Of a DNA stretch of 64,000 nucleotides, positions 29,951 to 40,735 are shown piece by piece; positions within the stretch are counted from its first letter, which is position 1; each line of letters starts with the position of its first letter. The stretch spans positions 8,782-72,781 of IMG/VR virus record IMGVR_UViG_3300046673_000058; one strand, given 5' to 3'. The position numbers and the translations under genes are program-made. Source of the stretch: a virus. The notes under the pieces were generated by a model. It did not search any database, had not been told where the DNA came from, and was given only the letters and a program-made list of their open reading frames with translations.

Positions 29951-31258
29951 TCATCGTAAGTCCCTCCAACGCCCGCCGTCTTCGCCTACAATCACCGGTG
30001 CAATCACACGACCACCGCGACGGCCCTTGAGCGTGTACGAATAACAACTATATCTTAAACTGTCCATCAAATCATCGAAGCCACGCTTCTTATCGGGTAA
30101 TTCTTGGATGTTTCCGTCTTTGTCGCGTTGGCGGGTGTAGCCGTGTATTTCTTTAACGAAATTAACAGCCCTAGGGTTTACGACAATCTTGTATTGCCTT
30201 ACTGTGTTTATTCCGTCTAAGACGTCTTTCTTAGCAGGGTATACATTCAACTCAGACTGCTTCATCTCTGCGATTCGCGCTGGCTCAGCTGCGTCGCAAT
30301 ATATAGGGATTTGTCGGTGTAATCGCCGGTCCGGGATGTGCTCTTCTAATTTAGCTTTAATCGCGGTAATAAAATCAGAAGTAAGAACCCCCCGCATGTA
30401 GAGCTCATCGACGATATAGAGTGTGTGTTCTTTTATACCGAGTAGCACGAACGCACACGGGTGCTCGTAGCCAAAATCTGCACCGGCGATAGTAGCGTCA
30501 AAGTCCTCGTATTGGTAACCAAAGAGTTCTTGGGTCCAGTTCGTGTAGACCTGATTTTCGAGTTTACCCCATTCACCAAGGGTGTAGATAGTGTAAAGAT
30601 TCGAGTCTATACCTTTCAGCTCTTCTAGGGACCTGACGTATTCAGCGTCTAAGAACTGATTATCTTTGTAGGTGTAATGTTGTATCTCTACGTCTTCGGG
30701 CTGACTTAAAAAGAAGTAGTTATTCAACCAATGGTTCTGGTCGATTGGATTAAAAGTAAGGAGTAGTTGGCGGTAATTGTTCTTGAGTGGTGCACCGCGC
30801 AGTCTGAGTTTAATCATCTCAAACTCTTCCTTGCGGATTTCTGTGGGTTCTTCAATCCATATATCGGTAACATCGGTCAACGATTTGATGCGGTCCGCTG
30901 CTTCTCCTTGGGCCGTGTTGACGATTGGTATACACTGGATACTTGAGCCGTTTGGGAAGTGGATGCTCATGTCGGTCTTGTTAATCGAACATGGAATACG
31001 CTTCTCAGCGATTAAGTCGCAAAAGAGCTTGAATGATGTAATGCGGAGTGACGGGCCATACTTACGGATGGCTATGACGCGGTTGTTGGGGTATAAAAGA
31101 CAGCGGACAAGGAGTTTTTGCGCGACGCTGTAAGTCTTCCCCGCACCGGCACTTCCAAATATAACAAGATACCGCGCTCGTGAGGTGAAAACAGGTTCAA
31201 AAGAAGGCTGCGGCCATTCGGATACGTCTATTTCACGTGCGTATTCCTGAGCAATCAA
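29951..31258 (-). CDS. terL: Terminase large subunit (PBSX-like)
   Basis: Walker A GSAGAGKT, Walker B IWIEE, LTFNP, TYKDN.FL, nuclease GADFG and DDLMDSLRY. Confidence 0.96.
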   Translation of the reverse strand: MIAQEYAREIDVSEWPQPSFEPVFTSRARYLVIFGSAGAGKTYSVAQKLLVRCLLYPNNRVIAIRKYGPSLRITSFKLFCDLIAEKRIPCSINKTDMSIHFPNGSSIQCIPIVNTAQGEAADRIKSLTDVTDIWIEEPTEIRKEEFEMIKLRLRGAPLKNNYRQLLLTFNPIDQNHWLNNYFFLSQPEDVEIQHYTYKDNQFLDAEYVRSLEELKGIDSNLYTIYTLGEWGKLENQVYTNWTQELFGYQYEDFDATIAGADFGYEHPCAFVLLGIKEHTLYIVDELYMRGVLTSDFITAIKAKLEEHIPDRRLHRQIPIYCDAAEPARIAEMKQSELNVYPAKKDVLDGINTVRQYKIVVNPRAVNFVKEIHGYTRQRDKDGNIQELPDKKRGFDDLMDSLRYSCYSYTLKGRRGGRVIAPVIVGEDGGRWRDLR

Positions 31259-31704
31259 GGCACAACCTCTTTATTAATCGTAATCTTAATCTCCCCCGAG
31301 TGCTCAGTCTTCTGTGGCTTGTCCAAACCGTTAACCTTCAGCACCACATCAGTCGCCGCAACCCAGCGGTCTGTTGTTGAGCGTGGGGATGGGTTGTCAT
31401 CTTTCATAAACTCAGCAGAGCGCTTTCTAATCTCTATTGCCTCGTTGGTGACTTCTTCTCGGAACTTTGCGAGTTTGGCCTCGAATCTCTTTTGGTCTTT
31501 GGCGAGGAGATGGGCGTCGTATTGCCTGGCGCGTTCAACCCAGTCGTATTTGCCGCCCCATTTGTTCATAAGAGACACAGACTTACTGCAATGTTCTGCT
31601 ACCGCATCATACGTGCGTTCTTGACCTAAATCGCGATAAACACAAAAAGCAGCGTAAGCTTTTGAGGTCTCTTTGTCTTCTAGTCTCTCCCACGGATTCG
31701 TCAA
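31255..31704 (-). CDS. terS: Terminase small subunit
   Basis: PWER...ET.KAY.AF..YRD.G..R and W...Y.W.ERA..YD HTH; ends EHSGEI; overlaps the terL start. Confidence 0.8.
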   Translation of the reverse strand: MTNPWERLEDKETSKAYAAFCVYRDLGQERTYDAVAEHCSKSVSLMNKWGGKYDWVERARQYDAHLLAKDQKRFEAKLAKFREEVTNEAIEIRKRSAEFMKDDNPSPRSTTDRWVAATDVVLKVNGLDKPQKTEHSGEIKITINKEVVP

Positions 31705-31757
31705 GAAATAGCTCCAGCTAGGTTAACTCTATGCATGTTAAAATGGTCATTGAAGCC

Positions 31758-31817
31758 TATTTAAGCGTTACTTAATTGCGGCTTGTTAGCCATGTCTAAA
31801 TTAAACAACTTTAAATA
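31758..31817. promoter_or_regulatory. Divergent archaeal TATA promoters flanking a TTGTTAGCCATG site
   Basis: CTTAAATA on minus (31758-65) toward terS; TTTAAATA on plus (31810-17) 21 nt before GTG 31839 (probably leaderless). Confidence 0.6.
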
Positions 31818-31838
31818 CCGCGTTTTATAGATTAGAGA

Positions 31839-32183
31839 GTGGCAAAGACTATCATGCTTCCTTTTCTATCTGATGTACAGCACCCTACCGAACAGACGCG
31901 CATAATGAGGATTGCTCACCAACTTTATAAGGTGGAGCGAGAGCTGCAAGGAAACACCCACTGGACCTACATCAGACAGGATAACCCCCTTGACAACATT
32001 GAATACCAAGCGAGCATTTTAGAGTCCATTGGCGCGGATTTGCGCGATATTGAGGGGGATATTGACGCGTTGGATGATGAAGGTGTGCGTTCTGTGCTGA
32101 CTGTATGGTATAGTGGGGTCTACCGACTCTATTTTGACATGTTTACTGAACACAACCAACTGATTGATGGTAGTGCCGATTAG
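31839..32183 (+). CDS. Hypothetical helical protein (one of few plus-strand genes)
   Basis: 114 aa, own TATA box, no competing minus-strand gene. Confidence 0.65.
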   Translation: MAKTIMLPFLSDVQHPTEQTRIMRIAHQLYKVERELQGNTHWTYIRQDNPLDNIEYQASILESIGADLRDIEGDIDALDDEGVRSVLTVWYSGVYRLYFDMFTEHNQLIDGSAD

Positions 32184-32384
32184 TGAACTAACGCAGCATA
32201 GAGTAACTCAGCGACCAACACTCCGGCTACGATTACGATAAATTCTGCTAACCAGTTGTAGACTTCTTCTTGCGTCATTTTCTCACCTTAGCGGGTTTAT
32301 CCACATATAGATGATAAGCACTACTGCCAGTATAATACAGTAGTACATCATCATGTTGTCTAATTCTTCGTGGGTCATCGCTTA

Positions 32385-33278
32385 TTATTGTAGTATGCTA
32401 GGCGTTGAAGCAAACTGCACTGACGCTGGCGGCGGAGTTACGAAATCCGACTCTGTAATGATTGCCCATGCGTCGCCTGACTCGTACGAAACATTATCAA
32501 AGAACGAGTACGGCATCCACCACAGCCCGTTCGCACCCCATCCAGTACCCCAACTGTTCTTAGCAAACAACGCGCCTTTTGAACCGTCGTAATTGCCTAC
32601 ATGGTTGTCGTCATAGCCGATGAACACATTCGCGTGCCCTCCTGCGATTCCGCCGCTAGGTGTGGGCATGTTGCCGTCACTACCTGTGTTAAAGAAGGAA
32701 TTTGGCACGTCAAAGCCGAACATGACGGGGTAACACGGGGGGAGAACGGCGTTAGGCGCGATGGCTGCCTTTATGTTGGCGAGTGTAATTGATTGGTCAT
32801 TGGCGTCGAGTCGTGTTGCTTTGGTGGTTTTGTCCTTTGCTGCGTCGTTGAGGACTTTTGTTGGGACGGGTGTGCCGAGTTGCGCGGTGTATGGGAACTC
32901 GGTTTCTGGTGCTACGCCTTTGTTTTCTAGTACCCATGCCATTGTTGAAAGACTACTGCCGACGTCCTGCGTTGGCGGTGACGATTGCCCGTCGTGGACG
33001 AGCGCACATTGGTACAACTGCATCCTAGAACCGTTGAAGTATGTTCCTATAGCTGTGTAACTTCTTATCTTAGAACAATTGTCACCAGCGTTGGCCGTAC
33101 ACGAACCCATGCTCATCTGGTCCTCAACAGGAGTCCCATCTTTTATTATATAACTAGCCGGTAGTGTTTCAATCTGTTCGCGGCTTAACAATAGTTTAGC
33201 GTCTTTATGCGCAGGGTCGCGCAGGCATCCCATATAGTATTTTCTTTCGTTCGTTTCATGATATACTTTATTTCCCAT
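32385..33278 (-). CDS. Papain-like cysteine peptidase (C1A)
   Basis: DQ...GSCTAN, GGHA...IGYDD and KNSWG..WG..G motifs: complete catalytic Q/C/H/N set. Confidence 0.92.
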   Translation of the reverse strand: MGNKVYHETNERKYYMGCLRDPAHKDAKLLLSREQIETLPASYIIKDGTPVEDQMSMGSCTANAGDNCSKIRSYTAIGTYFNGSRMQLYQCALVHDGQSSPPTQDVGSSLSTMAWVLENKGVAPETEFPYTAQLGTPVPTKVLNDAAKDKTTKATRLDANDQSITLANIKAAIAPNAVLPPCYPVMFGFDVPNSFFNTGSDGNMPTPSGGIAGGHANVFIGYDDNHVGNYDGSKGALFAKNSWGTGWGANGLWWMPYSFFDNVSYESGDAWAIITESDFVTPPPASVQFASTPSILQ

Positions 33279-33547
33279 TTTTACGTATCTCCTTCCTTAA
33301 GTTTTCTATTGCGTTTAACAAAAACATATAACGACATTCTGCACAATCGCTACTAGTAGCCATATGGGTCCTGTGCTCACACGGCTTTCCAACCACTCCA
33401 CAAAAGTTTGCTGGCTTTCCCATCTACCTTACCTCTTTACGTAACTCAAACACGGTCTGTAATCGAAAATCACGGTATCTGGTTCAGAGCAGTACACCAA
33501 ACCGTCGCGTTCGTCTTCTTGGAAGTGGACACAGATTTCGCATGGAC

Positions 33548-34015
33548 TCACAATACGCCTTCAACCCCTACCTCAAGCACGTCCGGGTAGGATTCAATCA
33601 CTTCACGAGTCAACCCATTTAACCCTTTCACGTAATTCTCCTCAACAACATCAAACGGTATGAAATAAATATGATTCTTCGGTCTTGCGCGGATTTCCAT
33701 TGCCAAGTATCCTTTTAGCCCTGTTTTCGCGAGGTATTCACACGTGCGTGTTACTTGGTGGCCGTCTTTTGCCATTGTGAAGTAGCGTGAGAAGTACAGA
33801 ATGCTGAAGGGGCGCCCATTCGCGTCTTTCTCTACCGCGCTTTTACATTCAACACCGATGTAGTAACGTGGTTCCGCAGAGAGGGACAACAAATCGATGT
33901 GTTGAGATGTGTACCCCGCTTGGCGAAGTCGATGTGCATACGCAGGGATGTCGTTCTCTTCGTAGTGGCTGTTGAGTAATTGAACCACTCGACGCTCTGT
34001 GTTACTTCCGGGCAT
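33548..34015 (-). CDS. Archaeal Holliday junction resolvase-like PD-(D/E)XK nuclease
   Basis: ERRVV, Q.IDLL, GVECKS, LYFS..F and GYLA.EIR motifs, recalled from Hjc-like proteins of methanogens. Confidence 0.75.
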   Translation of the reverse strand: MPGSNTERRVVQLLNSHYEENDIPAYAHRLRQAGYTSQHIDLLSLSAEPRYYIGVECKSAVEKDANGRPFSILYFSRYFTMAKDGHQVTRTCEYLAKTGLKGYLAMEIRARPKNHIYFIPFDVVEENYVKGLNGLTREVIESYPDVLEVGVEGVL

Positions 34016-34017
34016 TG

Positions 34018-34188
34018 TTAAAATGGTGGTTTAAAATTTACGATAGTATCTTTTAATTCGAGATAATCCTGTTCAACAAGCTCTTCGTGCTCTATTGGCA
34101 TCAGTTCCGCGATAATATCAGGAACCTCATTAGCTACACGCGCTACTAAAACTTCAAATTGATATGCTACTATATTACAGACTGACAT
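34018..34188 (-). CDS. 56-aa microprotein, copy 1
   Basis: MSVCNIVAYQFEVLVARVANEVPDIIAELMPIEHEELVEQDYLELKDTIVNFKPPF; paralog at 56307-56477. Confidence 0.8.
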   Translation of the reverse strand: MSVCNIVAYQFEVLVARVANEVPDIIAELMPIEHEELVEQDYLELKDTIVNFKPPF

Positions 34189-34387
34189 CTTTAGAACTGC
34201 CGTATAATCGGTTCTGCGGCGCGCATTGCTTTTTCTATCTCTTCTTCCCTTGCGCGCATGAGATTGTAGGCTTGCGCCTGTACCTTCGTAAACTCCGCCA
34301 TGTTATCCCCTAGTTTCTCAATGACTGGCTGTAGGGCTTCAAGGACGTTGGCGATTCGTAGTATGGCATCCGCTTGAACTAGGTCCA

Positions 34388-34750
34388 TCATCTCTCCTTT
34401 TCAAATTCCCACCAAGGAAAAACGTGTCCTTTCATCATTTCTTTGCGATGATACTGGCTACAATATGCTTCAAAATTCCTTGGATTATAAATTGAACACC
34501 CGTCCGGTTTGAAATTGTGGATGCCGCACTCTCCTTGCGTCCAAAACCTACACGGGCTCCCTTGTTTGAAAGCCCACGGCTTCCCTTCAGCCATCCGGAC
34601 GTTCACCACATAAAGTTCTTTAAAAACGGTTATTGGAATCTCTAAATTATCGGCTATTCTGTGTATTTCTACATCACTTAGCATACATGGTGTCGAGTAG
34701 GCAGCGCAACAGAACCCCCCGCATTCCTGACACTCCGGATGTTCGGTCAT
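34388..34750 (-). CDS. YkgJ/CxxCxxCC family zinc- or iron-chelating protein
   Basis: CQECGGFCC...PCRF....C.IH..KP..C..Y motif. Confidence 0.85.
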   Translation of the reverse strand: MTEHPECQECGGFCCAAYSTPCMLSDVEIHRIADNLEIPITVFKELYVVNVRMAEGKPWAFKQGSPCRFWTQGECGIHNFKPDGCSIYNPRNFEAYCSQYHRKEMMKGHVFPWWEFEKER

Positions 34751-35236
34751 CTTTCACTCCTGCTCAAACGTGGCGATTATTTCTTGCTCGTCGTGCCTTT
34801 CTGGGGATTTCCAATATTCATCAATCAACAATTTTATTATTTGCTCCCACGTGCTGATTTCCGCAGTGCGCTCATACTCCACATCGTTCTTAAGTATCCT
34901 TCGCGCCAACTTATCAATCTTTTTGTAGGTTTTCGTGTGGTAGTCTTGTACTTCCTTGAGCTCTTTCTCCGTCTCGGGGCTTATAAAGCTGGTTTCTATC
35001 ATTTTCTTCTTAACCATGATTCCCTACAACTAGGATGCAGTGTGTAAGGCACCCCGTCACGCATACCCATATACACCGCCTCGCGGCTATTGAGCGGTTT
35101 GCCGCACTGCGAGCATACTTCAGTCATTTGCTGCCTCCTTGCGGCGTTTAACCTCGGCCTCTAGATTCCTGCTGCACGTACAACACCTTGGGTCGTGCAT
35201 ATCCCCTGTGCATTCGTTACAATCGAGTTTCGTCAT

Positions 35237-35563
35237 CTATTTGCTACCTCCGCAGCCACAGTATTCACAACAGGCACAGCAGCAGCACGGTGCGGGTGGT
35301 GTCGGTGTAGGTGGATTTGGTGTAGGGCCTGGGGGTGTTGGCGTCACTGTGGGTGTTGGGCTAACCGTCGGGGTTGGTTTCGGTGAGGGGGTTGGTTGTG
35401 GTGGGGGCCTCGGCGAAGGTGTAACTGACGAACTTACCGAAGGCACAACCGATGGTGTAGGCGTAACACTATGTTGATTAATCGCCAGATACGCGCCAAC
35501 AACACCAAGTGCGAGTAAGGCAAGGAGAAGCAACACTACGGCGCGTTTCCATTTACAGAGCAC
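35237..35563 (-). CDS. Membrane-anchored Pro/Thr/Ser-rich protein with Cys-rich tail
   Basis: N-terminal TM helix, PT repeats, ends CCCCACCEYCGC. Confidence 0.75.
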   Translation of the reverse strand: MLCKWKRAVVLLLLALLALGVVGAYLAINQHSVTPTPSVVPSVSSSVTPSPRPPPQPTPSPKPTPTVSPTPTVTPTPPGPTPNPPTPTPPAPCCCCACCEYCGCGGSK

Positions 35564-36627
35564 TATTCCACCCGCCTAAACCGCTTAAAGCACCAACCCA
35601 GACAGCATTCCGTCCACGTCAATTCCCTCCTGCGGCCTGTTAAGAAGTCAATCCACGCGGCCTTTGCGCGGTCACCTTCTCTCGCGAGGTTTTCCTTGTT
35701 CTGCCGCACGAGCGGGGGGTTGTGCAGCACGTTGCCCATTGTTTTTACGATTGCCTCTATGTCGTTAGGGTCTGTCATACACTGCGGCGATGCCCAAAAC
35801 ACTTCGCTGGATACGACGATGGGAATGTCTAAATTCACGGCGTCCCCCGTAACTAGGTTAAAAGTCTCACTGAACGACACCTGCATACTCATGTCGATGT
35901 AACTCTCTAGCAGGTGGATAAACTGATGATGTTTTAACCACGGGAGTTCAATAAGCTCATGCTTTGTGTTCCTGAATAACGCTCTAATGTTCTTCAGAAT
36001 CCTATCCCCGCAGGCTTCGACGCGTCCTGTGTTGATGTAGAACTTTAACCTTTTACCGTGCGTTTCTGCAAAGCGGATAGCGGCGATTGCTTGCAACAAC
36101 CCATTCTTTAGCGGACGTATCGCACCGAAACAACCAATGTGGATTTCTCCGCGATTTTGAGGCATTGATGTGGTGCGTCGTGTTACTGGATAGTAGTTTG
36201 GTAGATACGCAACGGGCTTACCTAACACCCTACCTAACTCTTTAGCGGTTTCGTATTTGTTTGCCGCGACGGTAACGCCGTATTTAAGGTACTCGAACAT
36301 CCACTCGATAGCGATTCCTTCTGTTTCCATAAAGGGAAAATCACTGTGGTCGCGGACTACCCACTTAACACGGGGGTGTAGTTTCTTGAGGACTTCAAAT
36401 TTGGATGGCACACACCAGAATGCCTCAATGATAACATTCGTGGGCCTGTAGTCGTGGACTTCTTTGTCGATGCTATTCGCGTCAACACAATCAACCATCT
36501 TGGCTTCGATGCCCATAGAGTTGAGCATGTCTACGATAAACCGGACTGAGTTGAATAGTCCGGACGAGAGGTAGCCGTACGAGCCTCTACGTTTCGTTAG
36601 GAATAAAACTTTCATTTCTTTTGACAT
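35563..36627 (-). CDS. Glycosyltransferase, GT-B/GT4-like
   Basis: GAIRPLKN and SETFNLVTGDA....PIVVS (E-x7-D) motifs. Confidence 0.8.
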   Translation of the reverse strand: MSKEMKVLFLTKRRGSYGYLSSGLFNSVRFIVDMLNSMGIEAKMVDCVDANSIDKEVHDYRPTNVIIEAFWCVPSKFEVLKKLHPRVKWVVRDHSDFPFMETEGIAIEWMFEYLKYGVTVAANKYETAKELGRVLGKPVAYLPNYYPVTRRTTSMPQNRGEIHIGCFGAIRPLKNGLLQAIAAIRFAETHGKRLKFYINTGRVEACGDRILKNIRALFRNTKHELIELPWLKHHQFIHLLESYIDMSMQVSFSETFNLVTGDAVNLDIPIVVSSEVFWASPQCMTDPNDIEAIVKTMGNVLHNPPLVRQNKENLAREGDRAKAAWIDFLTGRRRELTWTECCLGWCFKRFRRVE

Positions 36628-36645
36628 TATTTTAACATCTCTTCT

Positions 36646-38337
36646 TTACCCATACCCAACATCCCACGGTTGCGGCTTAACCACCCCGCCTTTCATCTCT
36701 TGTAACTTCGCTTGGATAGCCAGCGCGGTTTCGAGTCGTTCTAAGTATTCAAAGTAATCGTTGTGCATCTTAACCACTTCAGGGTCGGTGTCGGGGACCC
36801 CCCTGCGTTGTAGAATGTTGAGTAACGTAGCAAGTCCGGATACCATGTTTTGACAACAGAGTATCATCAGGGCCGCTATGTCGCTTCCGTTGAGTATGAG
36901 TTCAACTTCTTTTAGTTCTGGAATTTCATCGGTCATTTGTCACCCCTTAACTCATTTATGATATCTTCAAGCACACCTAACTGAAGTTCTAAGTTAAAGC
37001 GTTCGGTATCGCTTAGCTGGTCTAAATCCCTGTATGTGGCTCGGAATCTTATCTCTCTGGTTTGATTTCTTTCATCATTGTATTTGATGATTTGAAACGT
37101 CATTTTTCACCTTCCGATAAAGTCAAGCACTTGTGAAAAGAAGTATGACTTAAATGAAATCGTATCGCGTTCGTCTGAATACGATGGGGTTTTTTCATAC
37201 AGTGTATCTGCGGCGGCAATCTCTGCGTTAAGAAACTGTATTACCTGCTCGATTGTTTTGGTCATTTTTCACCCCTCACTTTTTGCTCGTTTTCAAGCTT
37301 TGTTATGCGCGTTTCAAGATTTACTAAGGCATCTACCACCATTTGTAGTGAAGCTATTGTAAATCCTTTTGGCAAATCGTCAGTCATTCTTCTTCCTCCC
37401 AACGCTCAGGGTGTAAGTCAATCTCGACGCTATTTTCTTCTTCATCATCCCCCAGCCAAATGCTAATCCGCTCATCTCCCGTGCGCATATACCGTTCTAT
37501 CAGTTCGGCTTTTATTTCATCTAGCGTTGCGTCTTTAAGCTTGGTCATTAGCGTACCCTAGTTTTTGATAAATCAGATTAAACTCTTTATTATACCACAG
37601 CTCAATGCAATCAAGATGAACCTGTAACGCGCGGGCGTTGTGTCCTTCGACCTCGTCGTCTATGGCGATTAACACGACTTCCTTCTCGTCTTTCGTGCCG
37701 CAGATTGGGCACGGTTCGTCTGTGGTTGTGTTAAATTGTTTAAAGACCTTCATTTTTCACCCATGGCTAATGGTTCCTCACTCTCTTTGTCCGTGTGGTT
37801 GCGAGGTACATTCGTGCCTGCTTCCTGTCCGGTATCCAATCGCAAATCACCGCAGTATCGGTCATGCCCTGGAACCACCTACACGCTTGTCTGCATTTGT
37901 GTGTGGTGCGCCCTTTTCCGTTTAAAGGCTTCCATCTAGGGACTGGGCAGTCAACGTAATGACAGTTACCTATAACCGTCCATTCAAGAAGGTTCATTCG
38001 ATTTTCTCCGTGAGGTATATACAGCGGCCCTTATCTCGTTCAACGTAGCTACTACACTCCGGCGATTTGCCGAAGAGCCAGAGGCAAGTGACTGGTGAGG
38101 GGCGGACGTCGTGATAGAGCCATGTGCAGTAGTATTGTTTCATTTCCGTTTGTTGTCCTCCACCCAGCTACGCAATTCAGGATTGCCGTTCTCCCCGCCT
38201 TCAAACGGCATCCAGTTAATTGTTTGACAATTTGCGAAGGGACATAACACATACGGGTTTCCTTCTTTGTTGAATACTACATGACCCTTCGTGATTAGTG
38301 GCTTTTTACACCTGCGGCACTTAATTGTTGTACTCAT
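36646..38337 (-). other. Array of short hypothetical ORFs, many preceded by GGTGAAAAATG
   Basis: ORFs 36646-36936, 37535-37753, 37767-37997, 38140-38337 and several under 60 aa, tightly packed; several contain CxxC. Confidence 0.6.
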
Positions 38338-38340
38338 CTA

Positions 38341-39527
38341 GTGACTACTCCGCTAGCTTTCGCAAGCGGCTTCTATGGTTTTGACACCAACAGACGTTAG
38401 CCCGCGTCTGAGTATGTTGATTGCGGCATTTTCGTCACGGTCTGCGACGTATCCGCAGTCACACGAATGTTTGCGGTCTTTTAGTTCCTTCTTGACTATC
38501 TGACCACATCTCGAACATTCCTGAGTTGTATTGTTAGGGTTCACCAACACCACAATAGAACCAGCTTCCTCCGCTTTGTTCTGTGTTGCGTTGATGAATT
38601 GTGTCCACGCTGCATCACCTATTGACTTGGCGAGATACCTATTCTGAACCATCCCTTTTACGTTCAGGTCTTCAAAGGCAACGATACCGAATCGGTTAAC
38701 GATTGCGCGGCTTAGTTGATGCACGAAGTCGTTACGTCTACTTCCTATCCGTTCGTGTATTCTCGACACGACCTTACGGGCTTTCGCTCTTTTAGGTGTT
38801 CCCTTCTCTTGCGCCGATAGTTTACGCTGTGCTTTCGCTAATGCTTTCTCGTCGTGTCTAAAGAATCGAGGGTTCTCTACCTTCTCACCGTTTGATAGGG
38901 TGGCAAATGATGTTAGTCCTACGTCGATACCCACAACCGCGCCGTCTTTGAACGGTTGTGTCTTTGGTTCATATTCCGTCGTGAAACACGCAAACCATTT
39001 TCCTGATGAACGGCGATTGATGTTTAGCCGTTTGACTGTGCCTTCTATTGCTCTGTGAAGTTTGATTTTAACGTCACCTATCTTTGAGAGTTTCAACGTC
39101 GTTTCTTTTAACGAGAATCCCAACTGTGGGTAGGTGAACGAATCGTAACGCCCTTTACCTTTGAAACGTGGGTAGCCAACTTCTTTTTCTCCGGCTTTTA
39201 CCCTTCTAAAGAACGCTTTGAATGCTAAATCGACACGCTGTTGGGTTTCCTGCAACACTTGAGAATGAACCGTTTTCAGCTCAAGATGTTGCGCTTTCCA
39301 CGACGGCAACAAGTTATGCGTGTCATAGTTAGAAATGGATTTTTGTTCTTGTTCCCACGCGTCTTTACGTATCGCTAACGTTTGATTGTAGACAAACCGA
39401 CACAGTTCTAGCGTCTGATTCATTATCGTTTCCTGTGCTTTTGTCGGATAGAGTCGATAGCGATACACTTTATGCATTGTTTATCTATTGGTGTTTATGG
39501 CATAAGTATGTTGTGTGTTTGTCCGCT
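38341..39527 (-). mobile_element. IS200/IS605-family solo tnpB element (IS1341-like)
   Basis: Right end GAAGCCGCTTGCGAAAGCTAGCGGAGTAGTCAC (hairpin ending in TCAC at 38341); no tnpA; left boundary inferred only. Confidence 0.7.
38353..39477 (-). CDS. tnpB: RNA-guided endonuclease TnpB
   Basis: YRYRLYPT HTH, GYPRFK, RuvC GIDVG / FEDL / DRDENAAINIL, Zn ribbon CSRC...CDC. Confidence 0.97.
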   Translation of the reverse strand: MHKVYRYRLYPTKAQETIMNQTLELCRFVYNQTLAIRKDAWEQEQKSISNYDTHNLLPSWKAQHLELKTVHSQVLQETQQRVDLAFKAFFRRVKAGEKEVGYPRFKGKGRYDSFTYPQLGFSLKETTLKLSKIGDVKIKLHRAIEGTVKRLNINRRSSGKWFACFTTEYEPKTQPFKDGAVVGIDVGLTSFATLSNGEKVENPRFFRHDEKALAKAQRKLSAQEKGTPKRAKARKVVSRIHERIGSRRNDFVHQLSRAIVNRFGIVAFEDLNVKGMVQNRYLAKSIGDAAWTQFINATQNKAEEAGSIVVLVNPNNTTQECSRCGQIVKKELKDRKHSCDCGYVADRDENAAINILRRGLTSVGVKTIEAACES

Positions 39528-40180
39528 ATCATCTCCCAGCTATCGCAGGGAGTCTTCCCGCTCTAATTGATAAGAACGCGACAACAAAGACCACAAAGAG
39601 GATGAGTAAGCCCATCTTTTGCTCGTGTTCGTTCGGGGGTGCTATGTCGTTCCATTCATCGGTCATTACTTCACCTTGTCTAAGTCCTTATAGCCGTTTA
39701 GCGTAAGTACCATGTCGAGTTCGCACCAATTACATAAGAGTACCCCACTGATGTAAACAGCATGTCCGGTTACTTCTTTACTGCAGCGTGAGCAGAGGCC
39801 AAATGATAGGGGGTTTGCAGTTCGGTCAGTCATTTCCACCTCTCTTTTCTTCTTTCAATTCTTTTAAATCGAAATCGTGAATAAATTTTACATATTTAAG
39901 TATTGTATCTATCTTATCTTCAATCCGGTTTAATTGTTCTAAATTAGTCATTTTACAAACCCCCTCACTTAAAACATATTGCTAAGACTACTAACATCAA
40001 CATAATTTGAATCCCAAATAATTGAATTTTTATTGTTTCTACATCAGTTGGAGCTCTCATCTTACCCCCCCATGCGACATTTCATCTCGACAGCTTGCCA
40101 TCGCAGCACTCGCACTCCTACCCGATGTTGTGGTATTTGTTCACATAACTTACACCACATTTTTCTTCACCTTCGTGCTC

Positions 40181-40324
40181 TTATCCTTGAGTAGAGTGTT
40201 CGCTCGCAACTAACGCACAATAGTCTACGCATCGGTCAACAATTTGATACACCGTAGTCTCATGACGTTCGGCCCACGCTTTGAGAATGGCATACGCTCG
40301 GTCGCTAATCTCTATATGTTGCAT
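40181..40324 (-). CDS. Small RHH-like DNA-binding protein
   Basis: MQHIEISDRAYAILKAWAERHETTVYQIVDR, hand translated. Confidence 0.55.
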   Translation of the reverse strand: MQHIEISDRAYAILKAWAERHETTVYQIVDRCVDYCALVASEHSTQG

Positions 40325-40480
40325 TTTTCACCTCTCTTTTTCTTCTTCCTACCATATACGGTCGTTCTTCTAACCATAAAGCAACAACCCACATACCGAC
40401 CATAGAAAGTATAATTGCCGCTAGAATAATTGCTACTTCAGGAGTCATTTTTCACCCATGGCTAATTTCTTCACCAACCT

Positions 40481-40729
40481 TCACTCGCGTTTTGTGTGCG
40501 AGGCTATGAACTTCATTGCTTCTGCTTCGGTTGTTTCTTCATAAGGATTATCCCCCCCAATACCCGAAGCCGCAATCACACCAGAGCTGGCTTCCCACTC
40601 TTTGCTTTTAGGGTTCCACCGCTCAGGTTTTGTTCCGTCGCGCATGCGGTGTACTGAAATGGGCTTCATATAGTTAGGTGATTCTTTACGGTATGAGCTA
40701 ATAAAGAAGAAGTATCTAGTTTTAGTCAT
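40481..40729 (-). CDS. Putative immunity protein (IapK-like) for the MuF toxin
   Basis: 82 aa; Y...V.R..DG...W....W...D..YEE.TE.EA..FI pattern, recalled from Apk2 immunity proteins. Confidence 0.5.
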   Translation of the reverse strand: MTKTRYFFFISSYRKESPNYMKPISVHRMRDGTKPERWNPKSKEWEASSGVIAASGIGGDNPYEETTEAEAMKFIASHTKRE

Positions 40730-40735
40730 GCTGTT

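Noticed and set aside
66-31624. Numerous plus-strand ORFs in the ORF track (e.g. 7432-8124, 25986-26633)
   Set aside because: Antisense shadows of well-supported minus-strand structural genes.
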